Assembly (NCBI GenBank): GCA_029547225.1
Contig: JAKPPS010000039.1
Coordinates: forward strand, 1 to 55,377
Direction: 5' to 3'
Origin: a bacterium
GTDB taxonomy: Bacteria > Patescibacteriota > Dojkabacteria > SC72 > WJKH01
Length of the DNA stretch: 55,377 nt
A program made the position numbers and the translations under genes. Below, piece after piece: positions 19,810 through 29,833 of the stretch. Each line of letters opens with the position of its first letter. Positions within the stretch are counted from its first letter, which is position 1. The notes under the pieces were generated by a model. That model was not told the DNA's origin, ran no database searches, and was given only the letters and a program-made list of their open reading frames with translations.

Positions 19810-19984
19810 TTAAAGAATGAAGCGAGAGAAGTACCAAGCTTGCTTGAGGACTTCCGAGCGAATGAGTTAACACGTAGTCTTAAGGAATGAAGCGAGAGAA
19901 GGCAAGCTTGCTTGAGGATTTCCGAGCGAATGAGTTAACACGATAGTCTTAAGGAATGGAGCGAGAGAAGGCAAGCTTGCTTGA
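19810..19984. repeat. ~69-70-bp tandem repeat (2.5 copies), REP-like
   Basis: Unit TAAGGAATGAAGCGAGAGAAGGCAAGCTTGCTTGAGGATTTCCGAGCGAATGAGTTAACACG(A)TAGTCT starts at 19811, 19881, 19950; contains palindrome CAAGCTTG. Confidence 0.92.
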
Positions 19985-20036
19985 ATGTAAAATACATTTG
20001 ATATTAGTAAATATTTAAATTGTACTGCCTTACAAA

Positions 20037-23000
20037 TTGAGTACTACAAAAAACACTTTTTCTTTTATTAACTTGATCAGGTTCATATTGATCTTGGGGC
20101 TTTTTGTTACAGTTTTTTATGCAACTTTTGATAGGCAGATAGCACGCACTTTTGGTACTCATACGATGCCAGAGTATGATGGTAAATTTCCGCTGAATAG
20201 CAATTATGCCTTTAGTCATGTTATTGATATTGGTGCGAATCTGGATAGTGTAACTATTGCTGACCAGTTTCATGATAATGTTGATTGCGTTTATTATACA
20301 GATTTTTATGTATTTGATCTCGCAGGTTCGCTTATTACTTCTTGGTCTGATGATACGCTTGGTCGTATAGGCGGTATGGATATGACTGAAGATGGTAGAG
20401 TGGTGCTTGTGGATGAGAGTAATTTAATTATCGTGACTTATGATAGTGATGGTTCAAACCGTTCAGACAGGGGACTTAATTTACCAAGCCAAGCGTCTAG
20501 TTTTGTGATTGAGGGTTTGACTCTTTCTCAAGGTGGAGATGTGTATGTCGGAGTTGAATATACAGATGACACAGAATACAACAAAATATATAAATACTCT
20601 CGCAACGGCGAATTTGTTACAAGTTGGGGAGAAAGAGGTACGGGTCTTGGTCAATTTTCTGACATAATAGCTTTAAATCTTGATTCAGATGGGTATATTT
20701 ATGTGTTAGATGAAGCAGGTAAAGTCGCAAAATTTACTCCTGATGGAACTTTTGTCTATGAGTTTAATCATGGGATCGTTCCCAATCCTGGTGAATCAAT
20801 CGTTGATATTGCTATTGATAATACTGACACAATAATGGTTTCTTATCAACAGTATGTCTATTTGTATGATCAGACAGGTGGATATATCGATCGAAGAGAT
20901 ATTAGTACTGAGGCGTATTGGGGAGAGGCAGTTAGTTGGTTGAGAATAGATGTTAATAGTGATGGAGAAATATTGATAGGTGACGATGGTAATCAGGGTA
21001 TATATTATTATGATGATTCTTTCGCATTACTTGATAGATTTTTGTCAAAAATATCTTGGGAGGGTGGCATAATACCATCTTATACTGGTGATGGTGATAT
21101 GGTAATTGACGTTAATGGAAACCTTTTCTTTACGAATAATCTAGATAAAACAACGGTTTACAATAGTGAGGGGATATTGATAGATGCTCTCGAAATTTAT
21201 GCTGAAGGTGGTATGGATTTTGATAACCAAGGTAATTTATATTATGTTGATAGTGGTAATTTTATTAGGCAGTACGATAGCAATAGAAATCCTATAAGTA
21301 CTTGGGGCAACCAAGGTTTAGGCAATGATATTGAGTACGCAGAAAAAATCGCAATCAGTCCAGATGGATATATATATCTTACTGATCCTCGGGGTTGTTA
21401 CTACAAAGTTGATAATAGTCATAATGTTATATTCAAGAGGTGTAACAGTGAGATTGATGGTCAACCTAATTTACACACATATATAACAGATTTGGTTTTT
21501 GATAGCCAAGGTAACTATTATATAATTTTTAATGAGAATGATTTAAGTCATGTTAGTGCTTTTACATCAGAGGATGTTTTTATTGAAAGTTGGGGGAGTG
21601 AGGGCACTGCAGATGATCAATTTAATTATGTCTCCTCAATGACTATTGATCATAATGATGATTTATGGGTTGCTGATACAGGAGCAGATTGTATCAAAAG
21701 GTTTACAACGGATGGTGAATATACAGGTAAGATTTGCGATTATGATGGAAACCCATTTGAAACTGTAGCATATATTATGTATCAAGATGGAGTTATATAT
21801 GTTGCAGATGCTTCAACTCGAGAGATAGTTATGTTTTCATTTGATACTTTGCCACCAGAAATTGATATTGTAGCGCCTACGAAAAATAAGACTGCTACGA
21901 TAACAGATACGACAATTGAGATTTATGATAATCGCGGTTTGTTATCCGAAGATATTGTTGTTGATAATGCTTCAACAGCAGATTATACAAATCTTAGTTG
22001 TCAGCAAGTAGATCCTAATAATGTAAGCTGTACAATAAATATTACCTCTAGCGGTAACTTGATTATTAATGCAATCGATATTGAGGGAAATCTTGCCACT
22101 TTAAGTGAAAATGGCTATGTTGTAGATTTGCCACCAGTACCTGTGATACTTACAAGTGTTGATGGTGTAACTGGTTTTGCCGATAATGATACTCTGACAT
22201 TTAGTTTAGAAAATCGTAGTCCTGTCATTGTGGGAGTATCAGATCCTGATACAACAATTTTCTTTTTAGCTGGTACAAATCGTTATCAAGCAACTCCTGA
22301 TGCTGGGGGAAATTTCACCTTGACTTTACAAAATCCACGCTTACCTCAAGGTTCTTCTGTGTCATTGTTATATTGGGCAAGAGATGGTAGTCGATCCTTA
22401 TCTACGGTAAAAACGCTAAATATTACTGTTACGGCACCTGATGTGGACACTGCTGAGACTCAACCGATTTATCAATATCTATATCTTCCAAAAGGAGCTC
22501 AGCGTCCTTCTGGCACAACACCAATTGTTGAACTTCCTACTGTTGTACCATATGAACAGGTCGAACTACCAACGATAGTAACAGAGGAAGAAACCATCCC
22601 AATACCAACAAGACGTCTTCCAAATACACAAGTTGAGAATATCGGTACTAGTTGGATAACATCAGAACAAGCTCAGGAGATAGCGATGTGGAGTGCTGGC
22701 GGAGCAGTTGTAGCATTTACTGTTGCAATGATATTAGGAGAATCGAATCCTGTTGCATATGTATTTAGATTTATTACTTACGCTTTTGGTTGGTTGAAGG
22801 TCAAGAAAAAGCATAATTCGTTTATTGTCGTTTATGATGCTGTTACAAAGGAGCCAATCTCGTTGGCGATAATAAGGTTTATTAAGTCAGGTGGTGGTCT
22901 TGTAGATACTCAGGTTACAAATGAATATGGGGTTGTGGATGTTGCATTGCCAGACGGAGAATACAATCTTGTTGTTGCCGCTCGAGATTACAAATATCCA

Positions 23001-23594
23001 ACTAGTGTTATCACAGTAAGTAATGATGAAGTTTATGAAAACATTTTTCGTGGTGGCAAGCTTAATGCAAAAGAGGGTATACCTCTAAATATTTCGATAC
23101 CTCTTGATCCGATTTTGAGTAGTGATAAAGCTTACAATGTAGCAAAATTCAGAAGTGTATTAGCGAATATGGTTGAAGTATTGCAATATCTACTTTTAGT
23201 TGTTGGTTTTATTTTTGCAGGTATAGCTTATCTAGGATCAAGTACTACACTAAATCTTGTTGTGCTGGCTTTATATTTCTTAATAATCATTATAAATATT
23301 TATATAGCAATAAAAGGTAACAAAAATTATGGTCAGGTAAAAGACACTTATGGAAACTTTATTTCAGGTATGACTTTGTCTTTAGTTGAGAATAAATATG
23401 ACAGAGTAACTGCAGTTAGAGTTACCGATAAAAAAGGTAAGTATAGATTTGTTGTCCCGCAAGCAGAGTATTCAATTAAAAGTAGTGATGAAAAATATCG
23501 CTTACAAGAGAATATTATTATAAGTAAGAGTAAAGAATCAACCAGTTCACTCATAATAAACAAAAATATATTAGTAGAAAGGATAAGCAAATGA
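20037..23594 (+). CDS. Large NHL-repeat (beta-propeller) surface protein with Ig-like, TM and carboxypeptidase-regulatory-like domains
   Basis: N-terminal hydrophobic segment; NHL repeats (WGERGTGLGQF...DSDGYIYVLD; WGSEGTADDQF...LWVADT); Pro/Thr linker; TM helices; VYDAVTKEPI and VTDKKGKYRF modules. Confidence 0.8.
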   Translation: MSTTKNTFSFINLIRFILILGLFVTVFYATFDRQIARTFGTHTMPEYDGKFPLNSNYAFSHVIDIGANLDSVTIADQFHDNVDCVYYTDFYVFDLAGSLITSWSDDTLGRIGGMDMTEDGRVVLVDESNLIIVTYDSDGSNRSDRGLNLPSQASSFVIEGLTLSQGGDVYVGVEYTDDTEYNKIYKYSRNGEFVTSWGERGTGLGQFSDIIALNLDSDGYIYVLDEAGKVAKFTPDGTFVYEFNHGIVPNPGESIVDIAIDNTDTIMVSYQQYVYLYDQTGGYIDRRDISTEAYWGEAVSWLRIDVNSDGEILIGDDGNQGIYYYDDSFALLDRFLSKISWEGGIIPSYTGDGDMVIDVNGNLFFTNNLDKTTVYNSEGILIDALEIYAEGGMDFDNQGNLYYVDSGNFIRQYDSNRNPISTWGNQGLGNDIEYAEKIAISPDGYIYLTDPRGCYYKVDNSHNVIFKRCNSEIDGQPNLHTYITDLVFDSQGNYYIIFNENDLSHVSAFTSEDVFIESWGSEGTADDQFNYVSSMTIDHNDDLWVADTGADCIKRFTTDGEYTGKICDYDGNPFETVAYIMYQDGVIYVADASTREIVMFSFDTLPPEIDIVAPTKNKTATITDTTIEIYDNRGLLSEDIVVDNASTADYTNLSCQQVDPNNVSCTINITSSGNLIINAIDIEGNLATLSENGYVVDLPPVPVILTSVDGVTGFADNDTLTFSLENRSPVIVGVSDPDTTIFFLAGTNRYQATPDAGGNFTLTLQNPRLPQGSSVSLLYWARDGSRSLSTVKTLNITVTAPDVDTAETQPIYQYLYLPKGAQRPSGTTPIVELPTVVPYEQVELPTIVTEEETIPIPTRRLPNTQVENIGTSWITSEQAQEIAMWSAGGAVVAFTVAMILGESNPVAYVFRFITYAFGWLKVKKKHNSFIVVYDAVTKEPISLAIIRFIKSGGGLVDTQVTNEYGVVDVALPDGEYNLVVAARDYKYPTSVITVSNDEVYENIFRGGKLNAKEGIPLNISIPLDPILSSDKAYNVAKFRSVLANMVEVLQYLLLVVGFIFAGIAYLGSSTTLNLVVLALYFLIIIINIYIAIKGNKNYGQVKDTYGNFISGMTLSLVENKYDRVTAVRVTDKKGKYRFVVPQAEYSIKSSDEKYRLQENIIISKSKESTSSLIINKNILVERISK

Positions 23595-26500
23595 GAATAT
23601 TAAAAACAATTACAAAAAAGAGATATTTGGAAAAATTAGCAAGTATTGTTCTTACATTAATAATCTCTTTCTCATCGCTTATATCAATTTTCCCAGTTCA
23701 GCAATCAAAAGCTTATCAATTAGTCGGCTTAGAAGATATTGGCAATATCATGCCAGGTTCAACGGATGACTTTACTGCCGAGAGTTTCAAAGATGAAGAA
23801 GGGACTATGATTTTTTATGATGTAGATAGTGCTTTCGAAATTCATATTTCTCAGATAAACAAAAGTGGGGAATTGATATGGAGTAATATGTATATCGATC
23901 TCTCAACTTATGGAATAGATCCGTACGCTCCATCTTTACAACATGATTATATAATTACAGATGGAGATGGTGGAGTATTTATTTTTGGATCAAAGGTTGT
24001 TGATTATGGAGATAATTCACATTTTGATAATAATAATAATGTTAGGAATATTTATGTAGTCCATGTGCTTGTGGATGGAAGTATTGATGCAGAATTTCCA
24101 CAAAGATTTATGCCTGCATCATTCGATCAAGAAATTCTTTCAGCTTGGCCAGATTATCAGGGCGGTTTTGGTATTTTTTATAAGTCTAAAGTTTTGAGTG
24201 ATTTTATATTTGAGTATAGACTACAACATGTTTCTGCTGATGGTACATTGCTCTACAATGTTAATGACTATGTAGATGTGCCACAAGTTAGTATGCACTG
24301 TACAAATCAAGATTTAGCTTCTCAGGCTCAGATCCCTTTTGATATGCAATATTATCATTATGGTTTTTCCTTTTATGGATGGAGAGAGTGTTGGGAGTGG
24401 TGTCAAGAAACTATTGATGACGCTCATCCTTTTTGCCAATATACAGCAACAGATAATCGCAGTTGTTCTGTAATCGGAGCTCCCGGAGAAAATATTGATA
24501 ATTGTACTTGGGATACGCTATCTAATAGCTTGGGAAACAAATGGCCAGCATTTTATGGAGTCAAACAAGATTTATTACCAATAACTTCAGGTGACGATAT
24601 AATTATGGAGCCTTATGCTCAAGCCTTGGATAATGTGGGTATATTAGTTGGTGAAAGCTCGATATATCATCCAAGTTATATGTCTGAATATCTACTTGAA
24701 GTTAAAGATGCAAAGTATCTTGCAGATGGAGATTTACAAATTATGTTTGAAAGAAAAAACTATGAATTTGAATCAACAGAAAGTATTGTGGTACAGCAAT
24801 ATGATGCAATAACATTTACTCCCAAATATGATGGTATGGGTATAGAGTATCACGGAGATGCACCTTTGACAGATCTATCAAACCCTTATGGTATTGAATA
24901 TAACGGTAAATTACTCGGTGAAGAAGGTTGGTATATTACTCAGATTAGAGATATGGATTTAGATTCTAATAGAGAGAAATTGATTATTGCAAAGCATAAT
25001 TTTGATGGTACTTTATCTTGGCAAAATACTTACGAATATGAGCTTGATAATGATGTCTATTCTTTTAGTTACGATTTTCGGTATACACCTCTTTCTAATC
25101 TTGTGGTGGACGATCAAAATAATCTAATTTTTGCTTGGGATGTATATAATTGGATGGAATCAGATTATTTTCTGATGTCTTTTTATCAAAAATATGACAA
25201 AAACGATGGTACCGGTATGTGGGGTACTTATCCAAATGAGTTAGTCAGTTACGAATATAGTGTAGGCAATCTACTTTGGGAGACTGCGCTTTATACTGAT
25301 AGTGATAACGGTGCTTTCATAACATTCTTTGTGGATGATGAAGATGCAAATTTTTTGATAGGTCGTATTGATGAGAATGGCATTTTTGATGATTTTAATC
25401 AAAGTATTTTTATCGGGCCATGGACAAGTAATTGGCCAAATGTTTTCAAAGGAAATACTGGAGATGGGTTATTTGCACTTGCCGGTCCAGGTCTACTTGA
25501 TATATATAAAATGAAACTAGCTAACCAAATAAAAGTAAACCAAGGGTATGCAGTATATAGTGATGAAGTAACTAATTTTATTGATACGACCACAGATATT
25601 GGAGTTACAAAAGATGATAATAATTATCAAAATCGTGTTAGAATATTTAATAATGCATTGATGGTATCTTCTCTATTTGCTGATGTCAGCACGGATAGAG
25701 ATTGGACAAATGTTGTAGCTCAAAATAGCTTAGAATTACAAAAGGCTTTTATTACAGGCTTTGATTCAACAGATGGAAATTATCTTTTCCATGATTTATA
25801 TATCCCATATGATTCTCAATTACCACTTGCTGCAAGAGCGATTGTATGTCCTGATGCAACAAGTTTTGCAACGATAAGTCGTACATGTACAGGAGCTTAT
25901 GCTATTAATGTGGATCAGGCAATAAATCCTCTCAGCCTTGTTTCATTTGGAGGTTTATCATATTGGAAAATACCAAATCTGACAGGTACGGGAGTTATGC
26001 TTGAAAGTGCATCTACATTTGAAATTACTCCAAGCGTATCCCAAGTCGAGCCATCAACAGAAATATCTGTAATAGTCAGTGCGCTTGATGCAGATGGCCA
26101 AGTCGATACTAATTATGTTGGTACGATAAATTTAATATCTCAGTCAGGTGCTGTTTTGCCTTCGAGTTATACATTTACGGTTGCAGACGCAGGTGTACAC
26201 ACATTCACAGGTGTAAAATTTAACAATACAGGTACATATACAATTATGGCCACAGATACACTAGATCCAACATTGAGCGGTGTTTCGGCGAATATTATTT
26301 CTGCAGATGCGGACTGGGATAATGGAGAAGAGGATCCAGATATAGTTGTGCCACCACAAGATCAAGAAACAATAATCATTGATCCTTCATGTGCAACAAA
26401 TACACAAAGGGAAGAATGCCAAGCAGAATTAACTATCAGCAATGTTGAAATTATAGATGATAATGATGGAGATACAAATATTGACAGATCAGTATGTTGG

Positions 26501-27211
26501 GATACCAATCTCGAATCTCAAGGATTAATAAATTATGGTACGGAACAAGAAGAATTTTATCAGTTCTCTTCACCAGCAGAAATTAATTATGTTGTTACAA
26601 ACCATTGTATTAATATTGATGAGCTAGAAAACAATAGTAGATATTTTTTCAAAATCTCATCAGTTTCTTATGCCGGTAAAGAAACTGAATACGAAGGCAC
26701 TTTTGATATCGGTAACTATCTTGGAGATCAAATTGACCAGCCCGAAGATTTTATTATTGTCGATGAGGAAGAGGTTATATCTCAGTCAGAAGCTATTATT
26801 GATACAGAGGGATTACTTGATCTTAATCTCGATTTACAATTCAAGACACCACAAGAGGCGACATGTTATTTAAAATATGGATTATCATTAAATAATCTCG
26901 ATAAACAGAGTCAATCAAATACAGTTGGTACTGTCCATAATTACAATATTAATCTTCAAGACCTCTCCTATGAAGATAAAGTTTTTTATGAAGCCTATTG
27001 TCAGAGGATTATCGAGGAAGGTCAAACAGATGCAGGCGGAGAAATGTTATATCTCAAAAGAGGTACTGTTGAGATGGTCCAGATTGATACTGTAGATGAA
27101 CAGAAAACTGTAACAGTTACTGTAATGCTTGGATTATTCTTGATAGGCTTGATATCTGTAGTTCTTTTGATAACGGGATATCTTAAGATTACTAAGAAAA
27201 AAACTATTTAG
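23591..27211 (+). CDS. Large acidic secreted/surface protein with Ig/Fn3-like domains and C-terminal TM anchor
   Basis: Signal peptide; LPSSYTFTVADAGVHTF module; WDTN...INYG...HCINIDELENNSRYFF (Fn3-like); C-terminal TM plus KKK. ATGA overlap with the upstream gene. Confidence 0.75.
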   Translation: MRILKTITKKRYLEKLASIVLTLIISFSSLISIFPVQQSKAYQLVGLEDIGNIMPGSTDDFTAESFKDEEGTMIFYDVDSAFEIHISQINKSGELIWSNMYIDLSTYGIDPYAPSLQHDYIITDGDGGVFIFGSKVVDYGDNSHFDNNNNVRNIYVVHVLVDGSIDAEFPQRFMPASFDQEILSAWPDYQGGFGIFYKSKVLSDFIFEYRLQHVSADGTLLYNVNDYVDVPQVSMHCTNQDLASQAQIPFDMQYYHYGFSFYGWRECWEWCQETIDDAHPFCQYTATDNRSCSVIGAPGENIDNCTWDTLSNSLGNKWPAFYGVKQDLLPITSGDDIIMEPYAQALDNVGILVGESSIYHPSYMSEYLLEVKDAKYLADGDLQIMFERKNYEFESTESIVVQQYDAITFTPKYDGMGIEYHGDAPLTDLSNPYGIEYNGKLLGEEGWYITQIRDMDLDSNREKLIIAKHNFDGTLSWQNTYEYELDNDVYSFSYDFRYTPLSNLVVDDQNNLIFAWDVYNWMESDYFLMSFYQKYDKNDGTGMWGTYPNELVSYEYSVGNLLWETALYTDSDNGAFITFFVDDEDANFLIGRIDENGIFDDFNQSIFIGPWTSNWPNVFKGNTGDGLFALAGPGLLDIYKMKLANQIKVNQGYAVYSDEVTNFIDTTTDIGVTKDDNNYQNRVRIFNNALMVSSLFADVSTDRDWTNVVAQNSLELQKAFITGFDSTDGNYLFHDLYIPYDSQLPLAARAIVCPDATSFATISRTCTGAYAINVDQAINPLSLVSFGGLSYWKIPNLTGTGVMLESASTFEITPSVSQVEPSTEISVIVSALDADGQVDTNYVGTINLISQSGAVLPSSYTFTVADAGVHTFTGVKFNNTGTYTIMATDTLDPTLSGVSANIISADADWDNGEEDPDIVVPPQDQETIIIDPSCATNTQREECQAELTISNVEIIDDNDGDTNIDRSVCWDTNLESQGLINYGTEQEEFYQFSSPAEINYVVTNHCINIDELENNSRYFFKISSVSYAGKETEYEGTFDIGNYLGDQIDQPEDFIIVDEEEVISQSEAIIDTEGLLDLNLDLQFKTPQEATCYLKYGLSLNNLDKQSQSNTVGTVHNYNINLQDLSYEDKVFYEAYCQRIIEEGQTDAGGEMLYLKRGTVEMVQIDTVDEQKTVTVTVMLGLFLIGLISVVLLITGYLKITKKKTI

Positions 27212-27493
27212 CACTCTTAACTAATGATAAAGCAGATTTATCTCTTGATAAGCATTGAAATAAGAAAAATATTAGCATTATGTAACCATGCGTTAATATG
27301 CTGAATTATCCGTCACCATTACTAACCGAGAGCTAGACAACAAAAAGCCATTGCCATATTTTGAAACTATCTTTAAAAGAGGACATAAAGTAGTTCCGTT
27401 CTCTTGATATTGAAGCGAAATATAGATGATTATTTATAAATCATCATATCTTAAGTAAGTAAAATTTGAAGTGTATTAGGGTAATAGCAATCT

Positions 27494-29017
27494 CTATCTC
27501 ACAAAAGTTTTACTTGGATCAATAAGGAAACCTTTTAATTCTTTACGACCGATGAGTAGGGGAAAGATCATCTCTTTTTGGGTACTTATGATTGTCTCAA
27601 ATTTCATTGTTAGACCGCGCATTTTGATATCTATTTCGATAACAGGTTTTACACGGATTTTACCATCTTCAAAAATTTTTGCGAGACGGACTATTTCACC
27701 TTTATTATTCTCTTTTTCTATAATAACCTTTTCTACTTTATCAATAAATTCTTGAGCATCAGCATAATTTTCAAAGGATCTCGGTATATCCAATTTATTA
27801 AAATTTTTTATTGTTTCAGCAAAACCTATTTGAGCAGCAAGTCCATCATCGATACGAGAAGTTGTTATGCCAGTATCGAGTAAACCCTTGATGGTAGAAG
27901 TTTTTTGTTTAATTTTGATTTTATTTTTTTTCAGTTTGATTTTAGTTGTTGGCTTATGATAAACAATAATTTTCTCTACAAGATTGACTATTTCTTTACC
28001 TGATAACTGTTCAATATCCTCCTCAACTTGACCTCCGAAAAGATCTTTTGCAATCCTGATACCATGTTTATCATTTTTTATGTTTATTTTCTTAACTAGT
28101 TCGAGACGATCTCTTAGTCCACACATATTAGCTATTTGGATCGCTAGACCGGGTCTAGCGTTGAGTTCAAAGACCATAGGGCCATTATCTCGGTCAATCG
28201 CGATGTCGACACCTGCGAAGCCAAGGCCACTAGCTTTTTGGCATTTGATGGAAATATCTAATATTTCGTTCCAATAAGGGATTTTGAAACCTCTTAAAGG
28301 AAGATTAATATCTAAATCAAGCGTTGAATCAACAATGTCATAAATATCGTCGATAAGGGATTTTTTATTTCTATGGATAGCGACAGTTGTCAATCCTGAA
28401 GCTAAATCGATACCGACACCGATGCCTCCAGCGTGGAGATTTGCAGTACCATTAGATTCTTTTGTTGGGATGCGCAATTCTGCCATAATAGGGACACCTT
28501 TAAAAACAATAACTCGAACATCTGGAACTCCTTTATAACAATATTGTTTTAATGTGGCGTCGTTTTTTAAGCGCTCTTCAATTATTGCAATATCTTTCTC
28601 TTCACCCATCGAAAATCTACCGTCTAATATGTTTTCGATATGTAATTGGATGTCTCTTTGAGTCATAATTTGTCCATTTGGCCTAATCCATGCCTGTTGG
28701 TCATTTACAAGTTTTTTTTGTTTTCCGTAAAAAACAATAATTCCATTTCCTCCTGTACCGCGGTTTGGCTTTATGACAAAACTTTTTGGTAAATTTGCCC
28801 AATCAAGATTGTTGATCTGTTTTTTACTTCGGATCACAAAAAATAATTCGGGAGTTTTTATGTTTATCCTCGAAAGTAGGCGCTTAGTTAATAATTTGCT
28901 GTCAACAATTTTTTTAGCCCAACGAGGATTGTATGGTCTTACATATTCTTGATTACGGCGATTTATACCCAATATCTCGCCAGTAATATTTTTATTTTGT
29001 AATATTTCTGCTATCAC
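27494..29017 (-). CDS. Alpha-L-glutamate ligase-like ATP-grasp protein fused to a C-terminal retropepsin-like (RimB-type) protease domain
   Basis: ILGINRRN..YNP..VDSKL, FVIKPNRGTGGNGI, GVPDVRVIV, ANLHAGG, FELNARPGLAIQIAN; C-terminal LLDTGITTSRID and PLLIGRKEL. Confidence 0.85.
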   Translation of the reverse strand: MIAEILQNKNITGEILGINRRNQEYVRPYNPRWAKKIVDSKLLTKRLLSRINIKTPELFFVIRSKKQINNLDWANLPKSFVIKPNRGTGGNGIIVFYGKQKKLVNDQQAWIRPNGQIMTQRDIQLHIENILDGRFSMGEEKDIAIIEERLKNDATLKQYCYKGVPDVRVIVFKGVPIMAELRIPTKESNGTANLHAGGIGVGIDLASGLTTVAIHRNKKSLIDDIYDIVDSTLDLDINLPLRGFKIPYWNEILDISIKCQKASGLGFAGVDIAIDRDNGPMVFELNARPGLAIQIANMCGLRDRLELVKKINIKNDKHGIRIAKDLFGGQVEEDIEQLSGKEIVNLVEKIIVYHKPTTKIKLKKNKIKIKQKTSTIKGLLDTGITTSRIDDGLAAQIGFAETIKNFNKLDIPRSFENYADAQEFIDKVEKVIIEKENNKGEIVRLAKIFEDGKIRVKPVIEIDIKMRGLTMKFETIISTQKEMIFPLLIGRKELKGFLIDPSKTFVR

Positions 29018-29666
29018 GCTCGAGTATTTGTTTAAATCTAAATAATTCTGTGAATCTCAAAGAGCTTGATTTACCAATCAAAACATTGATTAAAATTATG
29101 ATAGCTAATATCCACAAATTCCCGAATAGAAAGTTTGATATTGGGGCAAATTTCATAATCGACCAGCCAAGTAAAGCAATTAAAATGGTTTCAGCGATTG
29201 ATCTGATCGTTGTTGCTATATCCTTTTTAATGTAAATTTTCAGGATAAAATCTGATAAGGTCGCTATCAAAGCTACTGAGACGGGTGATAGAGTAGAGAA
29301 GTTTAGTCCAAATTGTAAAAATGGAATAGCGTTAACTAATAATAGTACTCCTGCTAAAACCAATACGAGAATTATGTAATTGGTTGTTAGTCTGGCGATA
29401 TAATGCATCCTAATTTTTTTTAATAAGGCATGCGAAAGTAATGTAGTTGCTATTACTATCAGTGTAAAAAATATTCCAAGTTTAGCGCCAGAAAGAAAAT
29501 ATGCAAGAGCTAAAATAAGTGCTGGGTACACTCCCAGGCCTTTGAGTCCAATAAGATATCTGAATACATTTGTTAAAGTTGCCGTAACCGGAATCAAGAT
29601 AATCAGGGTTAATATCATCTCTTGTGATAATCCATTATTTGTAAGCCACATTGTTATTTCATTCAT
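28992..29666 (-). CDS. 7TM-domain protein (7TM module of inactive-transglutaminase systems)
   Basis: About 7 TM helices; RYLIGLKGLGVYP, RMHYIAR, LRFTELFRF; overlaps the glutamate-ligase-like gene. Confidence 0.82.
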   Translation of the reverse strand: MNEITMWLTNNGLSQEMILTLIILIPVTATLTNVFRYLIGLKGLGVYPALILALAYFLSGAKLGIFFTLIVIATTLLSHALLKKIRMHYIARLTTNYIILVLVLAGVLLLVNAIPFLQFGLNFSTLSPVSVALIATLSDFILKIYIKKDIATTIRSIAETILIALLGWSIMKFAPISNFLFGNLWILAIIILINVLIGKSSSLRFTELFRFKQILERDSRNITK

Positions 29667-29833
29667 GCGGATATTTTACCATATTATGATATATTTTTGT
29701 ATAGTTATATATAAATATCTTATAGCGGTCCATTCCAGAAATATAAGCGGGGGTTATAGTAAAAAGTTAGATTTCAAATTAGAAAAGGGTTATAATTTAC
29801 TTAATTAAGCAAATAAATTTTTTGAGAGTTATT

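Noticed and set aside
19810-19984. Possible mini-CRISPR array
   Set aside because: The whole ~69-bp unit is repeated, leaving no unique spacers, and there are no cas genes in the window.
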